Of a stretch of 64,000 nt of DNA, positions 25,628 through 35,791 are shown in pieces. The position numbers were made by a program, and so were the translations under genes. The notes under the pieces are model-generated. The model was not told the origin of the DNA and did not search any database. It was given only the letters and a program-made list of their open reading frames with translations. The first letter of the stretch is position 1. Each line of letters opens with the position of its first letter. The stretch comes from an uncultured Parachlamydiaceae bacterium (lineage in GTDB: Bacteria; Chlamydiota; Chlamydiia; Chlamydiales; Parachlamydiaceae), in assembly GCA_963742415.1 (NCBI GenBank), contig CAVULX010000003.1, forward strand, positions 672,001 to 736,000, read 5' to 3'.

Positions 25628-26884
25628 CTAGATAACTTTTTGACTGTTCCTAATTTGTTTCAATACTTTATCCAACTCATCCAATCTTTTGATTTTTCGC
25701 AATTTACCTATTTCTTTTTCGTTCGTTTTATAAGTTGTTCCTTCACCAATATTAAGCTGTTTATAATTAATTGAGAGATGAATATTTTTCTTTGCAGTTG
25801 TATCGACTACCAAATTAAGTAATTTGTCTAGTTCTGTTGTTTTCCATCCTGGGGAAGTAATGCATGGCAATTCTAACTTTAAATCACGTTGAAGACATTT
25901 TTTAGAGAATGTTTTCTTCTGAAGTTTTATAATAGAAGTCTCATTTATTCCAGTTTTGCTCAACGATGTATAATTTAAATTTGGGTTTGAAATCGCTGCG
26001 TAAAGCGGACCAACACCATTAATCGATTTATTTTTGCTCAAATCAACAAACTTAAATTTAGGAATTTTTAGCAATGCGACAGCTCCAGAATTTCCAATGT
26101 CATTGCCTTTTAAACCTAAAGAAGTTAATCCGTGTTGATCGTTTTTTTCAAGCGCTCGTGCTATATTAAGAGCACCTATATTTTTTACGTTATTATAAAA
26201 TAGAGAAACTAGTGATAAACTGTTTGGCATATTTTCAACTAGGGTTTTGGCGCCCTTATTTCCAATTTTATTTCTCGGCAAAAACAGCTGTTCAAGATGT
26301 GAATTTTTAATGCCATCAACCAGAGAAGGGAGGATTGTGTCGTCGATATTTGAACATTTCAAAGACAAGCTTTTTAAGACTTGGTTTGCTTTAAGATAAG
26401 TTGCTATTGCTGTGAGATGTTCATTTGTTAAAGTTTGATGATTAATGCCTATGTGTTCTAATTTATGACTGATGCCGTCTATTTCAAAAAGCTGTTGGAG
26501 TTGCTGAGCAGAAAGAAGGCAGCTTTTAAAGCTCAAACTTTTTAACCCCTTTTCTAGCATGTTTTTCAATTCTTCACAGAGGTCATTCCAAACCTCGGTT
26601 GCAAAGATGCAATTGGTAAAAGAGAGGTTACAAAAATTGTCAGAATTATTAGCAAAAAAATTGCCTATTTCTTTAATGAAGCCTGAGGATATTTGGAGAG
26701 TGTGTTTGCCTCCAATTACAAGATCTTCTTTAGAATTTTTGTATTTTTTAGACAAAACTCCTTGAACAGATTCGGTTGGATATTCTTCCAATTGGGCAAC
26801 AAGATTGAAATTGTATGTGTTTAAATAGGGAGACAACCAAACTTTCGGATTATTGGCTGCCATTGATGTGCTAGGTGCAGACAT
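25628..26884 (-). CDS. Leucine-rich repeat protein (ribonuclease-inhibitor-like LRR), putative effector
   Basis: LEQLFLPRNKIGNKGAKTL, LSLVSLFYNNVKNIGALNIA and LTSLGLKGNDIGNSGAVAL repeats; Ser/Thr-rich N-terminus. Confidence 0.85.
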   Translation of the reverse strand: MSAPSTSMAANNPKVWLSPYLNTYNFNLVAQLEEYPTESVQGVLSKKYKNSKEDLVIGGKHTLQISSGFIKEIGNFFANNSDNFCNLSFTNCIFATEVWNDLCEELKNMLEKGLKSLSFKSCLLSAQQLQQLFEIDGISHKLEHIGINHQTLTNEHLTAIATYLKANQVLKSLSLKCSNIDDTILPSLVDGIKNSHLEQLFLPRNKIGNKGAKTLVENMPNSLSLVSLFYNNVKNIGALNIARALEKNDQHGLTSLGLKGNDIGNSGAVALLKIPKFKFVDLSKNKSINGVGPLYAAISNPNLNYTSLSKTGINETSIIKLQKKTFSKKCLQRDLKLELPCITSPGWKTTELDKLLNLVVDTTAKKNIHLSINYKQLNIGEGTTYKTNEKEIGKLRKIKRLDELDKVLKQIRNSQKVI

Positions 26885-27038
26885 ATTTTTCCTTTTGTTA
26901 TGTTTTAACTGAATGATACTTTAGTTAAAGCTTATCTTTTAAGCAAGTTGCTGCTACGTTTAGATAGCAAAAAAACACGCAAATAGCTATTTTCAGGGCT
27001 GACAGTCCAAGAATTTCAGTTAAAACTTTCTAAAGCCT

Positions 27039-27641
27039 ATGTTTGCCTATATTCGTGGAAAACTTGTTCACTCTCTTCCCCAAGCAGCCATTGTGGAAAC
27101 TGCTTCAGGCATCGGATACAAAATTTTTATTCCGGCCAACGTTTTTGCGGGTCTTCCCCAATTGGGGACAGAAATCATTTTGTATACCTCCTTTGTTGTA
27201 AGGGAATTATCGCAAGCTTTATATGGATTTCTAAATGAACAAGAAAGAGATCTTTTTGAAGCTTTACTCGGAGTTACAGGGATTGGACCTAAGCTGGCTT
27301 TGAATTTAATTGGGCATCTCCCTCTGATCGATCTTCACCAGGCTCTTCAGCAAGAAGATATGGTTGCTTTCACGCGGGTTCCTGGAATAGGCAAAAAAAT
27401 GGCGGAACGGTTAATCATTGAAATGAGAGGAAAAATTTCCTCTCTATTACCTTTCCCCCACTTGTCAGCAAAAGCCGTTTCAGATCCTACGACGATGAAA
27501 ATTAACGATGCGATGAATGCCCTGATTAATCTAGGCTATAATCAATCTACGGCACAAAAAGCGATAAAAAAGTCATTGACAGACTTGCCTGAAGGGATTA
27601 ATCTAGCGGATTTGATTACACATGCGTTAAAAAATATCTAA
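27039..27641 (+). CDS. ruvA: Holliday junction branch migration protein RuvA
   Basis: MFAYIRGKL, LYGF, GIGPKLAL, VPGIGKKMAERLIIEM and ALINLGY motifs. Confidence 0.97.
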   Translation: MFAYIRGKLVHSLPQAAIVETASGIGYKIFIPANVFAGLPQLGTEIILYTSFVVRELSQALYGFLNEQERDLFEALLGVTGIGPKLALNLIGHLPLIDLHQALQQEDMVAFTRVPGIGKKMAERLIIEMRGKISSLLPFPHLSAKAVSDPTTMKINDAMNALINLGYNQSTAQKAIKKSLTDLPEGINLADLITHALKNI

Positions 27642-27660
27642 CTTTCCAAGAGCACCTCTC

Positions 27661-28776
27661 ATGCCTTTATTTTTGTTTGTCATGTTTTTTTCTATGTTTC
27701 AACTCCTTGGTGCTATGACACTTGAGGAAAAAGTGGGACAATTGATGATCATTCACTTTAATGGAGAGGCGGTCAATGATGAAGCTAAACGGTTGATTCA
27801 AGAAGCACACACTGGAGGGTTTATTTATTACAACTGGGCCAATGGTCTTGACTCACCCGAGCAGGTTCGCCGGTTAAGCAAAGAATTACAAGCTTTATCC
27901 CGCACCCCATTGTGGATATGCATCGATCAAGAAGGGGGGAAGGTAAGAAGATTAGATAAAGGCTTTCCCTATCTTCCCGGCAATCGGGAGCTTGTTGAGA
28001 AAAAGGATCCTCATAAAGCGGAAAAATGGGGTTATGATTATGGTCTTATTCTCAAAGATCTTGGGATCAACATGAATTTGGCCCCTGTGGTTGATGTAAG
28101 TGCTCATCCTGAGACCTCTTATATTTCTTCACGCACCTATGGAGAAACACCTGAAATTGTGGTGCAATATGGCAAGAAGGCTGTGGCCGGATACCGTAAA
28201 GCGGGGGTTGTTTCTGTACTGAAGCATTTTCCGGGGTATGGAAGTGTGGTGATAGATCCTCATGCGGATTTGCCCATCGTCATGAAATCTAGGTCTGAAC
28301 TTGAAGCAGTTGATCTGGTTCCTTTTAAGGAATTAGCAAAAGAAGCGGATGCGTTGATGACGGCCCATATTTTAGTGCCTGCATTAGACAGGATCAATTG
28401 TGCCACTGTTTCCAAAGAGATTATCGAAGGGGTATTGCGTCATGAAATGGGATTTGAAGGACTTGTCATTACCGACAGCCTTGTTATGCAAGGTTTGTTA
28501 AATCATTGTTCTTCGCTAGAGGAAGCTTGCATTCAAGCCGTAAATGCGGGATGTGATTTGCTGATTTTAGGCGGGAAGCAGTTGCTTGATCATAAAAATG
28601 GATTTGAGCTATCTGTGGATGGCAATTTGAGGATCCACCGTGCTTTGGTAGATGGGGTCAAGCAAGGGAGGATCACTATGGAAAGATTAGATGAGGCTGT
28701 GGGGAGATCTCTCATGCTAAAAGAAAGGTATTGCGCGGGCACAGTTTTAGCACCTTGTAAGTTGAATGGGAAATAA
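27661..28776 (+). CDS. nagZ: GH3 beta-N-acetylhexosaminidase (NagZ-like) with signal peptide
   Basis: IDQEGG.V.R, APVVDV, KHFPGYG....DPH, MTAH and ITDSLVM motifs. Confidence 0.85.
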   Translation: MPLFLFVMFFSMFQLLGAMTLEEKVGQLMIIHFNGEAVNDEAKRLIQEAHTGGFIYYNWANGLDSPEQVRRLSKELQALSRTPLWICIDQEGGKVRRLDKGFPYLPGNRELVEKKDPHKAEKWGYDYGLILKDLGINMNLAPVVDVSAHPETSYISSRTYGETPEIVVQYGKKAVAGYRKAGVVSVLKHFPGYGSVVIDPHADLPIVMKSRSELEAVDLVPFKELAKEADALMTAHILVPALDRINCATVSKEIIEGVLRHEMGFEGLVITDSLVMQGLLNHCSSLEEACIQAVNAGCDLLILGGKQLLDHKNGFELSVDGNLRIHRALVDGVKQGRITMERLDEAVGRSLMLKERYCAGTVLAPCKLNGK

Positions 28777-28778
28777 AC

Positions 28779-29837
28779 ATGGATGTGAAGGCTTTAGCAG
28801 AGTGGTTTGAAAGCAATAAAAGGGATCTTCCTTGGAGGGAGAATCCATCCCCGTATGCTGTGTGGGTCTCAGAAGTGATGCTGCAGCAAACGCAAGTGGC
28901 TGTGGTCATCCCCTATTTTCAAAGATGGATGGATCGTTTTCCCACCGTTGCGGCTTTAGCTGCAGCGTCATTGGATGAGGTCATCAAATTGTGGGAAGGG
29001 CTTGGTTATTACTCACGGGCTCGAAACCTTCATCAAGGGGCTCAATATGTGGTATCGTGTCATCAAGGAAAACTTCCAAGCAGTTATGAGGAACTATCCA
29101 AAATCAAAGGGCTCGGCGCATACACCGTTGGAGCCATCTTAAATTTTGCATATCATCAAAAAATTCCGGCTATAGATGGCAATGTGATGCGAGTTTTGAC
29201 CCGCTATTTTGCCATCGAAGGGGACATATCGAAAGTTAAAACGCAAAGGTCTATTCGTGAAATTGCTCTTAATATCCTTCCCGACCGTTCCCCTTGGATT
29301 GTTTCGGAAGCCCTTATTGAATTAGGTGCGACAGTATGTCAAAAGAAGCCGAAGTGCCTGCAATGCCCACTAAAGAAATCGTGTCAGGCCTTTTCTAAAG
29401 GGCTTGAACAAACTCTTCCCATAAAGCTCAATAAACAAAAAACAGAGTATCTCTACCGTACTGTGGCAGTTGTTTTATGCAAAGATCGCCTTTTACTTCG
29501 CCGTGTCTTAAAAGGGGAAATCATGTCTGATTTGCATGAATTTCCTTATTTTGAAGTTAACCAGAAAGGGATCTCGGAAAAAAAGTTCTCTCAGCTTTTG
29601 CAGCAGCGGATGAACTTAAAAGCTGCAATTGAAAAACCCCTTCCGCAGGTCAAACACTCGTTTACAAAATATCAAGTAACCCTTTTCCCCTTTCTCTGCT
29701 CAACTGGAAGATTTCAACAAATCGAAGGATATCAGTGGGTGAGTTTTGAGGAAGTGGGCAAATTGCCCTTTTCATCCGGCCACCGGCGGATTCTTTATCT
29801 TGTTGCACAAGTTAAAACAGGATATGCAAGATCGTAA
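28779..29837 (+). CDS. mutY: A/G-specific adenine glycosylase MutY
   Basis: RDLPWR, WVSEVMLQQTQV, WEGLGYYSRARNL, DGNV.RV and the C-x6-C-x2-C-x5-C Fe-S motif. Confidence 0.97.
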   Translation: MDVKALAEWFESNKRDLPWRENPSPYAVWVSEVMLQQTQVAVVIPYFQRWMDRFPTVAALAAASLDEVIKLWEGLGYYSRARNLHQGAQYVVSCHQGKLPSSYEELSKIKGLGAYTVGAILNFAYHQKIPAIDGNVMRVLTRYFAIEGDISKVKTQRSIREIALNILPDRSPWIVSEALIELGATVCQKKPKCLQCPLKKSCQAFSKGLEQTLPIKLNKQKTEYLYRTVAVVLCKDRLLLRRVLKGEIMSDLHEFPYFEVNQKGISEKKFSQLLQQRMNLKAAIEKPLPQVKHSFTKYQVTLFPFLCSTGRFQQIEGYQWVSFEEVGKLPFSSGHRRILYLVAQVKTGYARS

Positions 29838-29968
29838 ACGGCAGGATAAGTATGATAAAAGAAAAAACGATGTTTTTGAACAGTCTTAACTCAGTCATAT
29901 CCGCATATTCTTACTCTTTATTTAATATCTTGCTTATCCTGCCGTTTACGATCCTGCTTATCCTGTTT
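29815..29968. repeat. 154-bp MITE-like element with 43-bp imperfect terminal inverted repeats
   Basis: 29815-29857 matches the reverse complement of 29926-29968 at 39/43 positions; overlaps the last codons of mutY. Confidence 0.85.
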
Positions 29969-29989
29969 CTTCTATGCCTAGTCACTTAG

Positions 29990-30020
29990 GAGCCAGTGAT
30001 CTCACTGGCTCAGTGGTGAA
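29990..30020. repeat. Palindromic element A, copy 2 (left-truncated)
   Basis: gagccagtgatctcactggctcagtggtgaa, identical to 2508-2538. Confidence 0.9.
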
Positions 30021-30028
30021 CTTTTCAA

Positions 30029-31548
30029 TCAAAAGTGTTCGACCCGTTTGATCCCATTTTTGTCGATCACGAGTCTGAATTTTTTAAGTTCAACTAAAGG
30101 TTTTCCTTCGGGGATATTGATCGTATTTTTTAAGATAATATTCAAATGGTAGACGCGGGGAAGGTAGATCCTTTGCAAAGTTGTCGTGTCATCCTCGAGA
30201 GCCAAATAGGTTTGGTAAGGGTCTTCTGCTTTGGCTAAAAAATGGTGGATGTCAAAACGGAAGATAATGCTAAAACCATAAAAGCGGGCTTCGACTTGTT
30301 TGGGCTTTTTCTTGATGTTGATCGTTTTTTTGTAATAGATGATCTGTTCAGGGCGTTTGAAAGATTCTAAAATTCCATGGAATTCTCGGTTCCGAATTTC
30401 GATAATCTCCTGCGGGACCTTTTCTTCGTCCACAAACGAAAGGTATTCTTGCATTGTTCCTAAAACAGTTCCATTTGTGGGGGGATGGATTTCGGTAGTA
30501 TAATCGGAAAACCATTTGGCGGCTTGCTTATAGGAGAGAATACGCAACTCTTCTTTCATTCTGTCTTTAAGCACATAAATGATGATTGTAAGCAAAATAA
30601 AAGGTTCTGAATTCATCAGAAACACATTTCCTTGCCAAAGATACAAGAGAAGATAGATCATCATGGCAATAGCGGCAGGTATGCCTAAGATGATTCCCCT
30701 GAAGCGTTGAGCAACAGATGTACGGCTTGTTTTAAGAAGCAGGGGATCGATGATAAATTTACTTAATAGACCTTTCCGGTATAAAATATATTCATCTTGA
30801 TGGGGATCATCCGATTCTTTAAACGTTTCGGGGAACTTTTCCTTGCGATCCCTTTTTTCCTCCAGAATGATTTCACATATTTTTTTTTCTATATCTGTGA
30901 AATGGACCACTTGTTTGTTTCTTAGCCGGTTTAGGAAGCCCGTAAAGTAGTCGTTAATGATATCATTGATGAACTCATCCACGTACTGGAATTCGATTTT
31001 AAAAATTGCACTTTCCCATTTCTTGGCGATCTCAGCTTGGATAAATTGTAAGCGGGACCGAAATATTTTTACATCGTTGCAGAAGTTTAGAAAATCCAGC
31101 GCGAATTTTTTTTTGCCTTCTTCATTGTTCAGATTGTCAAGTTGTTCGGAAAAGAGGAGATTTGATTTCTAAGAATACTGTGGAAGATGCTTCCTACCAG
31201 TTTAATTTCTTGGAGGATCTCTTCTCCTATTTCTTGAGAACGGACATAGTCGTTAAGAATCAGGATCCTCACGAGGGGGGATTCGGAATTATCCATATCA
31301 TTCAATTCTTTTAAGGTAAACATGGGGGTCTTAAAGCGAATTAAATTGGTTTGGTCCCGATAAAATTGTTCTTTGGGGTATGTTTGGTCGTTAATTTGAA
31401 GGGAATTTGGAATAAAGAAATAAAATTCTTGTATCTGAATGTTATCTTTAAGATGGGAAAAAGGAAAAAACTCCGATTTTAATTCGAATTGCCATTTATC
31501 CCGAAACTGGATTCGGCCGGCTTTCAAATCTTCAAGGGATTCATCCAT
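30029..31548 (-). pseudogene. Uncharacterised membrane protein (~506 aa) split by a 1-bp deletion near 31160
   Basis: After ...LRNQI the alternative frame LFSEQLDNLNNEEGKKKF...EFQYVDEF runs continuously into ORF 30029-30982; span is 1520 bp = 3n+2. Confidence 0.75.
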
Positions 31549-32296
31549 TTTTCTTGTTTAACCTATGATTCGCTTCATATAGTTTGAGGTACTTATAAAA
31601 GGCTGTATTTCCATTGTAAGCCGAAATAATAAACCCTTCATACCCCCCTAAAAAACCCCGTTTGAGGATATAGGCTTTTAAAAAGGCCCCCCAGCCGTGT
31701 AAAAAAGCCTTGAAAGGGGAAGAGTGTTTGATTCCGGCATTTTGCTGGGCAAATAGGCTGGAATAGGTTTGCATCTTTGCAAGAAAATCGGCATGGGTTT
31801 CGTAGGAATAATGCCGGATAGGGCCCTTCATGGGAACCTGGCTCAATCCAACTGTGAGGATAGATTCATGCACTTGAGCGTCGGTAAACCGGGTCTTTGT
31901 TCTGTTGTACAGCCTTACTTGTCTGTCGGGATACCAGCCGCACCACCGGATGAATTTTCCATTGAAGTAATTATGGCGGGGAAAAGAGTAAACGTTTCCT
32001 GGGTCAAGCGGAATTTTTTTTATTTCTTCAGCCATTTCAGGGGTCACGATTTCATCGCTGTCGATTGATAAGATCCAATCGTTTTTCGCCAGGGACGAGA
32101 CTATATTGTGCGTGGGTCCGAATCCTTTGAACTTCCCCTTTTTAACAGTCACGTAAGGGAATCTCATAGCAATTTCGATAGTTGCATCGGAAGAGCCATT
32201 ATCGTAAATAATCACTTCATCAAAGGATGAAAGGGACTCCAAAACTTCGCGAAGATATTTTTGACTATTTCTTGTCAAAATAGTGACGCTGATCAT
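31541..32296 (-). CDS. GT2 beta-1,4-glucosyltransferase-like (LPS core WaaE/LgtF type)
   Basis: DNGSSD, WILSIDSDE, GWYPD...RL, VHE and Y.LK.GFL.G..G motifs. Confidence 0.88.
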   Translation of the reverse strand: MISVTILTRNSQKYLREVLESLSSFDEVIIYDNGSSDATIEIAMRFPYVTVKKGKFKGFGPTHNIVSSLAKNDWILSIDSDEIVTPEMAEEIKKIPLDPGNVYSFPRHNYFNGKFIRWCGWYPDRQVRLYNRTKTRFTDAQVHESILTVGLSQVPMKGPIRHYSYETHADFLAKMQTYSSLFAQQNAGIKHSSPFKAFLHGWGAFLKAYILKRGFLGGYEGFIISAYNGNTAFYKYLKLYEANHRLNKKNG

Positions 32297-32299
32297 AGT

Positions 32300-32776
32300 T
32301 CACTTGATATATCTTTGAATAGCCGCTAACACTCTCTCAAAATGACCTTCAACATTCACAGGCCGTTCAATCCATTGGATGATTCCGTCCCTGTCGATAA
32401 GAAAAGTTGTTCGTTCTACGCCAATCTGGGGTTTTCCGTGAACTTGGCTTTGTTGTATCACTCCAAATTTCTTGCACAGTTCTTTATCATCATCAGCCAA
32501 GAGTGTGAAATTGAGTTGATGTTTATCGATAAATTTTTGATGCGACGCTTCCCCATCAGGACTGACGCCGATCACGGAAACGTCGTAATCTGTTAGTTTG
32601 TCCATGTTATCGCGGAAAGTGCATGCTTCCTTCGTGCAGGTGGGAGTATCATCTTTTGGATAAAAATAAAGGACAACGGGTGTTCCAATAAAATCCTCTG
32701 AGTCTAAATCGTTCCCTTCTTGATCCTTAGCAGTAAACTCAGGAATGGCATCTCCAACTTGAATTTGATGGTTCAT
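32300..32776 (-). CDS. bcp: Peroxiredoxin Bcp
   Basis: YFYPKDDTPTCTKEAC and RTTFLID motifs. Confidence 0.93.
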   Translation of the reverse strand: MNHQIQVGDAIPEFTAKDQEGNDLDSEDFIGTPVVLYFYPKDDTPTCTKEACTFRDNMDKLTDYDVSVIGVSPDGEASHQKFIDKHQLNFTLLADDDKELCKKFGVIQQSQVHGKPQIGVERTTFLIDRDGIIQWIERPVNVEGHFERVLAAIQRYIK

Positions 32777-32829
32777 GATGGGCTCCTCATATAAAATACT
32801 TGGAATATCCTCATCGTATCATAAGAGGT

Positions 32830-33987
32830 CTAATGGAAACGAGCCCTTTTTTTCTGAAGAAAAGGGGATATGGCCTCTAGGATTACTTTCACTCTATGGT
32901 CCCAGGTATGGTTTTTCATCACAATTTGCTTCCCTTTCTTCACTTCAGCTGATCGCACCGCCTCGTGGGTCAAGTAAGTGTTGATTGTATGATCCAGGGA
33001 TTTAACCCTCGCTGGATCAAAAAAAACGATCCCTTGGCGATCGGAAAAACTTTCCCGCAGATATTGGCTTTCATTCGTAATCACCAGAGTTTCGCAGGCT
33101 AAGCCCGAGAATATCCTTTCATGAGCCCCTTCTTTATTTTTCAAAGAGGGATTTAAGATCACCTTAGATCTTTTGATGATTTCTAAAGCTTGCTGATAAT
33201 CAACTGGGTTGTGCACGTAAATATTGGGGTGTTTTTTTCCTAGATAAGATTTCCAATTAGAGCGGTCAACGGTTCCTCCAAAAATATGAAGAGTGCTGCT
33301 AGGCACTGTTTTTGCTAATTCGGCTCGGTTTCTACCTTTGATGTAAAGTTCTAAGTCTTGAAAAATTTCGGTTAATTGTTTTGATTCAAAACGTGAAGAT
33401 GTTTGTTTATGGGCTTCATCAAATGCTGTAATAAAAGATGTTTTTGGCTCATCAAAGGTTTTTTCTACTATTTGTTCCATCAGGCGGCGAACAGAAGCAG
33501 GATATTTTTGTTTCCATTCTTTCCACCGATTTTCGTAATCGATAAATGTGGCTAGCATCACTACATCGAGGTCTTTTTTTTGATTTTTATGGCAACACAA
33601 CTCCGGTTCAACGGCATGAGGCAAAAAGAAAGTGTTTTCAAACTGTAAATTATTTAAAAAGGTGCATCCAGTCTTGTCATCGCAGCCAATCATTGTGTAA
33701 GAGCTTTCAATTAAGTATAAAAAACTATAAGGGGGGTCGACAAGCAAAGAGACGTGGGGGATTTGAAATTTCTCGCAGTAAAGGAGATGGTCTGGATCTC
33801 TTGGGCCCCCATTAAAGCCTATAGTAAAATCGGGAGGAGAAGTGGAAATGGCTTCGAGAAAGCTGTCCCCGTTTAACAAACGGCATGCATGGCCTAAGCG
33901 TACAAAAGCTTCGTAAAGCTTCAGGGTAAAATGGGGAAGAACTTCATACTGGCTTGTTTTGCCCAGAAGAACATCGATTTTTGCCAT
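32830..33987 (-). CDS. GT-B glycosyltransferase (CgeB / Glyco_trans_1_2-like)
   Basis: FLPHAV, SKVILN, HERIF and HTWDHR motifs; paralog of the adjacent gene; start chosen at MAKIDVLL. Confidence 0.8.
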   Translation of the reverse strand: MAKIDVLLGKTSQYEVLPHFTLKLYEAFVRLGHACRLLNGDSFLEAISTSPPDFTIGFNGGPRDPDHLLYCEKFQIPHVSLLVDPPYSFLYLIESSYTMIGCDDKTGCTFLNNLQFENTFFLPHAVEPELCCHKNQKKDLDVVMLATFIDYENRWKEWKQKYPASVRRLMEQIVEKTFDEPKTSFITAFDEAHKQTSSRFESKQLTEIFQDLELYIKGRNRAELAKTVPSSTLHIFGGTVDRSNWKSYLGKKHPNIYVHNPVDYQQALEIIKRSKVILNPSLKNKEGAHERIFSGLACETLVITNESQYLRESFSDRQGIVFFDPARVKSLDHTINTYLTHEAVRSAEVKKGKQIVMKNHTWDHRVKVILEAISPFLQKKRARFH

Positions 33988-34018
33988 TTTTTGAGACCGC
34001 CTATCTTGCAACTGAGGT

Positions 34019-35203
34019 TTAAAGGTCAGCTGTGAGATTGTTCAATACAGGATCCAATTCCTTCAACAAGGTTGTGGCGCGAAAATCCCAGGAATGGTGA
34101 TGGATGGCTTGTTCCCGGCCGGCTGCAGCGATTTGTTTTCTTGCGGCATCATCAGTTAGGTAAAAATTAATCATTGAGTTGACTTTATCCAAGTCGTTGT
34201 ATTGGTAAAAAAGGATATTTTTTTCGTTGGTAAAATGATCTTTCATAAAGTCGTTCCCTTCTGTCAAAACTAAAGCTTCACTGGCTAAACCCGATAAGGT
34301 CCTTTCATGGGTCCCCTGTTTGATCCAGGCACAGCTATTCAGGATGATTTTACTTTTTTGCATGATTTCGAGGGCTTGATCAAAGGGCACGGCTGGATGA
34401 ATAACCACATTGCTTTGCTCCTTGCCTAGCTGTTTTTTCCAATCCGTTGCGGGTGAAGGGGATCCGAAAATGTCGACACGCGCATCTGTAATTGATTTCA
34501 CAAGCTCTACTCGGGCTCTCCCTCGAACGTACATTTCAAGTTCATCAAGGAGTTCTATCAAATTAATCTTTTGGGGGTCGATTTTACCTTCCATAACAAA
34601 CTTTTCCATGACATTGGCACAAGCGTGGATGTAAGAAGTTTTGGGGTCATACAAAGCGATCTCAGCTGATTGTTCAAGGATTTTTCTCAAGGGGGCGGGC
34701 AATTTTGTCCAGTCTGTCCGAATTTTTTCATAATCGATGCATGAAGCTAAAAAGGTGACATCATAGGGGCGTTCATCTTTGGGGTGAAGATGGAGGTTTT
34801 TTTCAATGCCATGAGGGAGAAAAAAGACATTTTTGCAATGGATCCCCTTAAAAAATTCGCAAGCTCCTTGGTCGACCGAAGCAATAATGGTCAGGGGGCT
34901 TCGTGACAAAGAAACGTACCCATTGGGGGAGTCTACAATGTAGGCGATGTGGGGGATCCGGATTAAATCGCAAAAAAACCTTCCCTCCTCATCGGGCAAC
35001 AGCCCATTAAAAGAGAGGGTGCAATCGGGCGGATCTTTAAATAATTCAGTTAGAAAGGGTTTTGGATTGTCATATTGAGCTTCCAAAATACGGCTCACTA
35101 CACCTAACCTCAAAAGAGCTTCATGGAATTTGATTGTAAAATGGTGCAGTACTCCGTACTGGCTGACATTGGGGGGCATAAAAAGATCGATTCGCTTGAT
35201 CAT
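34019..35203 (-). CDS. GT-B glycosyltransferase (CgeB / Glyco_trans_1_2-like)
   Basis: FLPHGI, SKIILN, HER and HSWDFR motifs; AGGAGA RBS before ATG 35203. Confidence 0.8.
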   Translation of the reverse strand: MIKRIDLFMPPNVSQYGVLHHFTIKFHEALLRLGVVSRILEAQYDNPKPFLTELFKDPPDCTLSFNGLLPDEEGRFFCDLIRIPHIAYIVDSPNGYVSLSRSPLTIIASVDQGACEFFKGIHCKNVFFLPHGIEKNLHLHPKDERPYDVTFLASCIDYEKIRTDWTKLPAPLRKILEQSAEIALYDPKTSYIHACANVMEKFVMEGKIDPQKINLIELLDELEMYVRGRARVELVKSITDARVDIFGSPSPATDWKKQLGKEQSNVVIHPAVPFDQALEIMQKSKIILNSCAWIKQGTHERTLSGLASEALVLTEGNDFMKDHFTNEKNILFYQYNDLDKVNSMINFYLTDDAARKQIAAAGREQAIHHHSWDFRATTLLKELDPVLNNLTADL

Positions 35204-35232
35204 AATTCTCCTGTATGAGGCTTCTTTTATAC

Positions 35233-35679
35233 TTAGTGGATAGGGATCCACTTTTTACGAGCACCGAGTGTTTTCCCTTTCCGTTCACTTGAAAGATTTT
35301 CTCTGGTGTGTTGCTTTGGTTTTAATTCCATCCCTAAGGCTGTCCATACTTTTTCCCCTAACATTTCTTTGCTTTTTGCCATTTTTTCCCAATCAGCAGG
35401 GGAAAAATTTTTAGGGTTTTCCATGAAGGCTTTAATATCTTCGTCACTCAGACCTGTTCTTTGTTTGACATCCTCCATTTTATTTTGCAAGTCTTGCTGC
35501 ATTGTATCAATTTTTTGCAGCATTTCGTTTATCTCAGGATCTCGGTGTTTAAGGGGGGTACCAAAGGGGGACTTGGTTGCAGCTTGGGCTGTAGGAGGAG
35601 CGGGAGTTTCTCCGGAAATTTTTTTTTTGCTTTTTCGGCCTAATTTTTTTGCGGCCGCTTCAAATATATTTTTTTCCAT
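35233..35679 (-). CDS. Chlamydial conserved protein, CT635-like
   Basis: TGLSDEDIKAFMENPKNFSPADW and C-terminal KKWIP recall CT635 (NPDNFSPEEW...NWIPL); adjacent to greA as in Chlamydia. Confidence 0.75.
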   Translation of the reverse strand: MEKNIFEAAAKKLGRKSKKKISGETPAPPTAQAATKSPFGTPLKHRDPEINEMLQKIDTMQQDLQNKMEDVKQRTGLSDEDIKAFMENPKNFSPADWEKMAKSKEMLGEKVWTALGMELKPKQHTRENLSSERKGKTLGARKKWIPIH

Positions 35680-35761
35680 GGATACCAGTTTACAGAGGGG
35701 CTTTATTTTATTTTAACACATAAAAATAAAATTTTCATAATCCTATTCGATAATCTTTAAA

Positions 35762-35791
35762 TTGATAATAAATAAATCAGAGGGCTATACT
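35762..35791 (+). promoter_or_regulatory. Candidate sigma66/sigma70 promoter for greA
   Basis: TTGATA-18 bp-TATACT. Confidence 0.5.
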
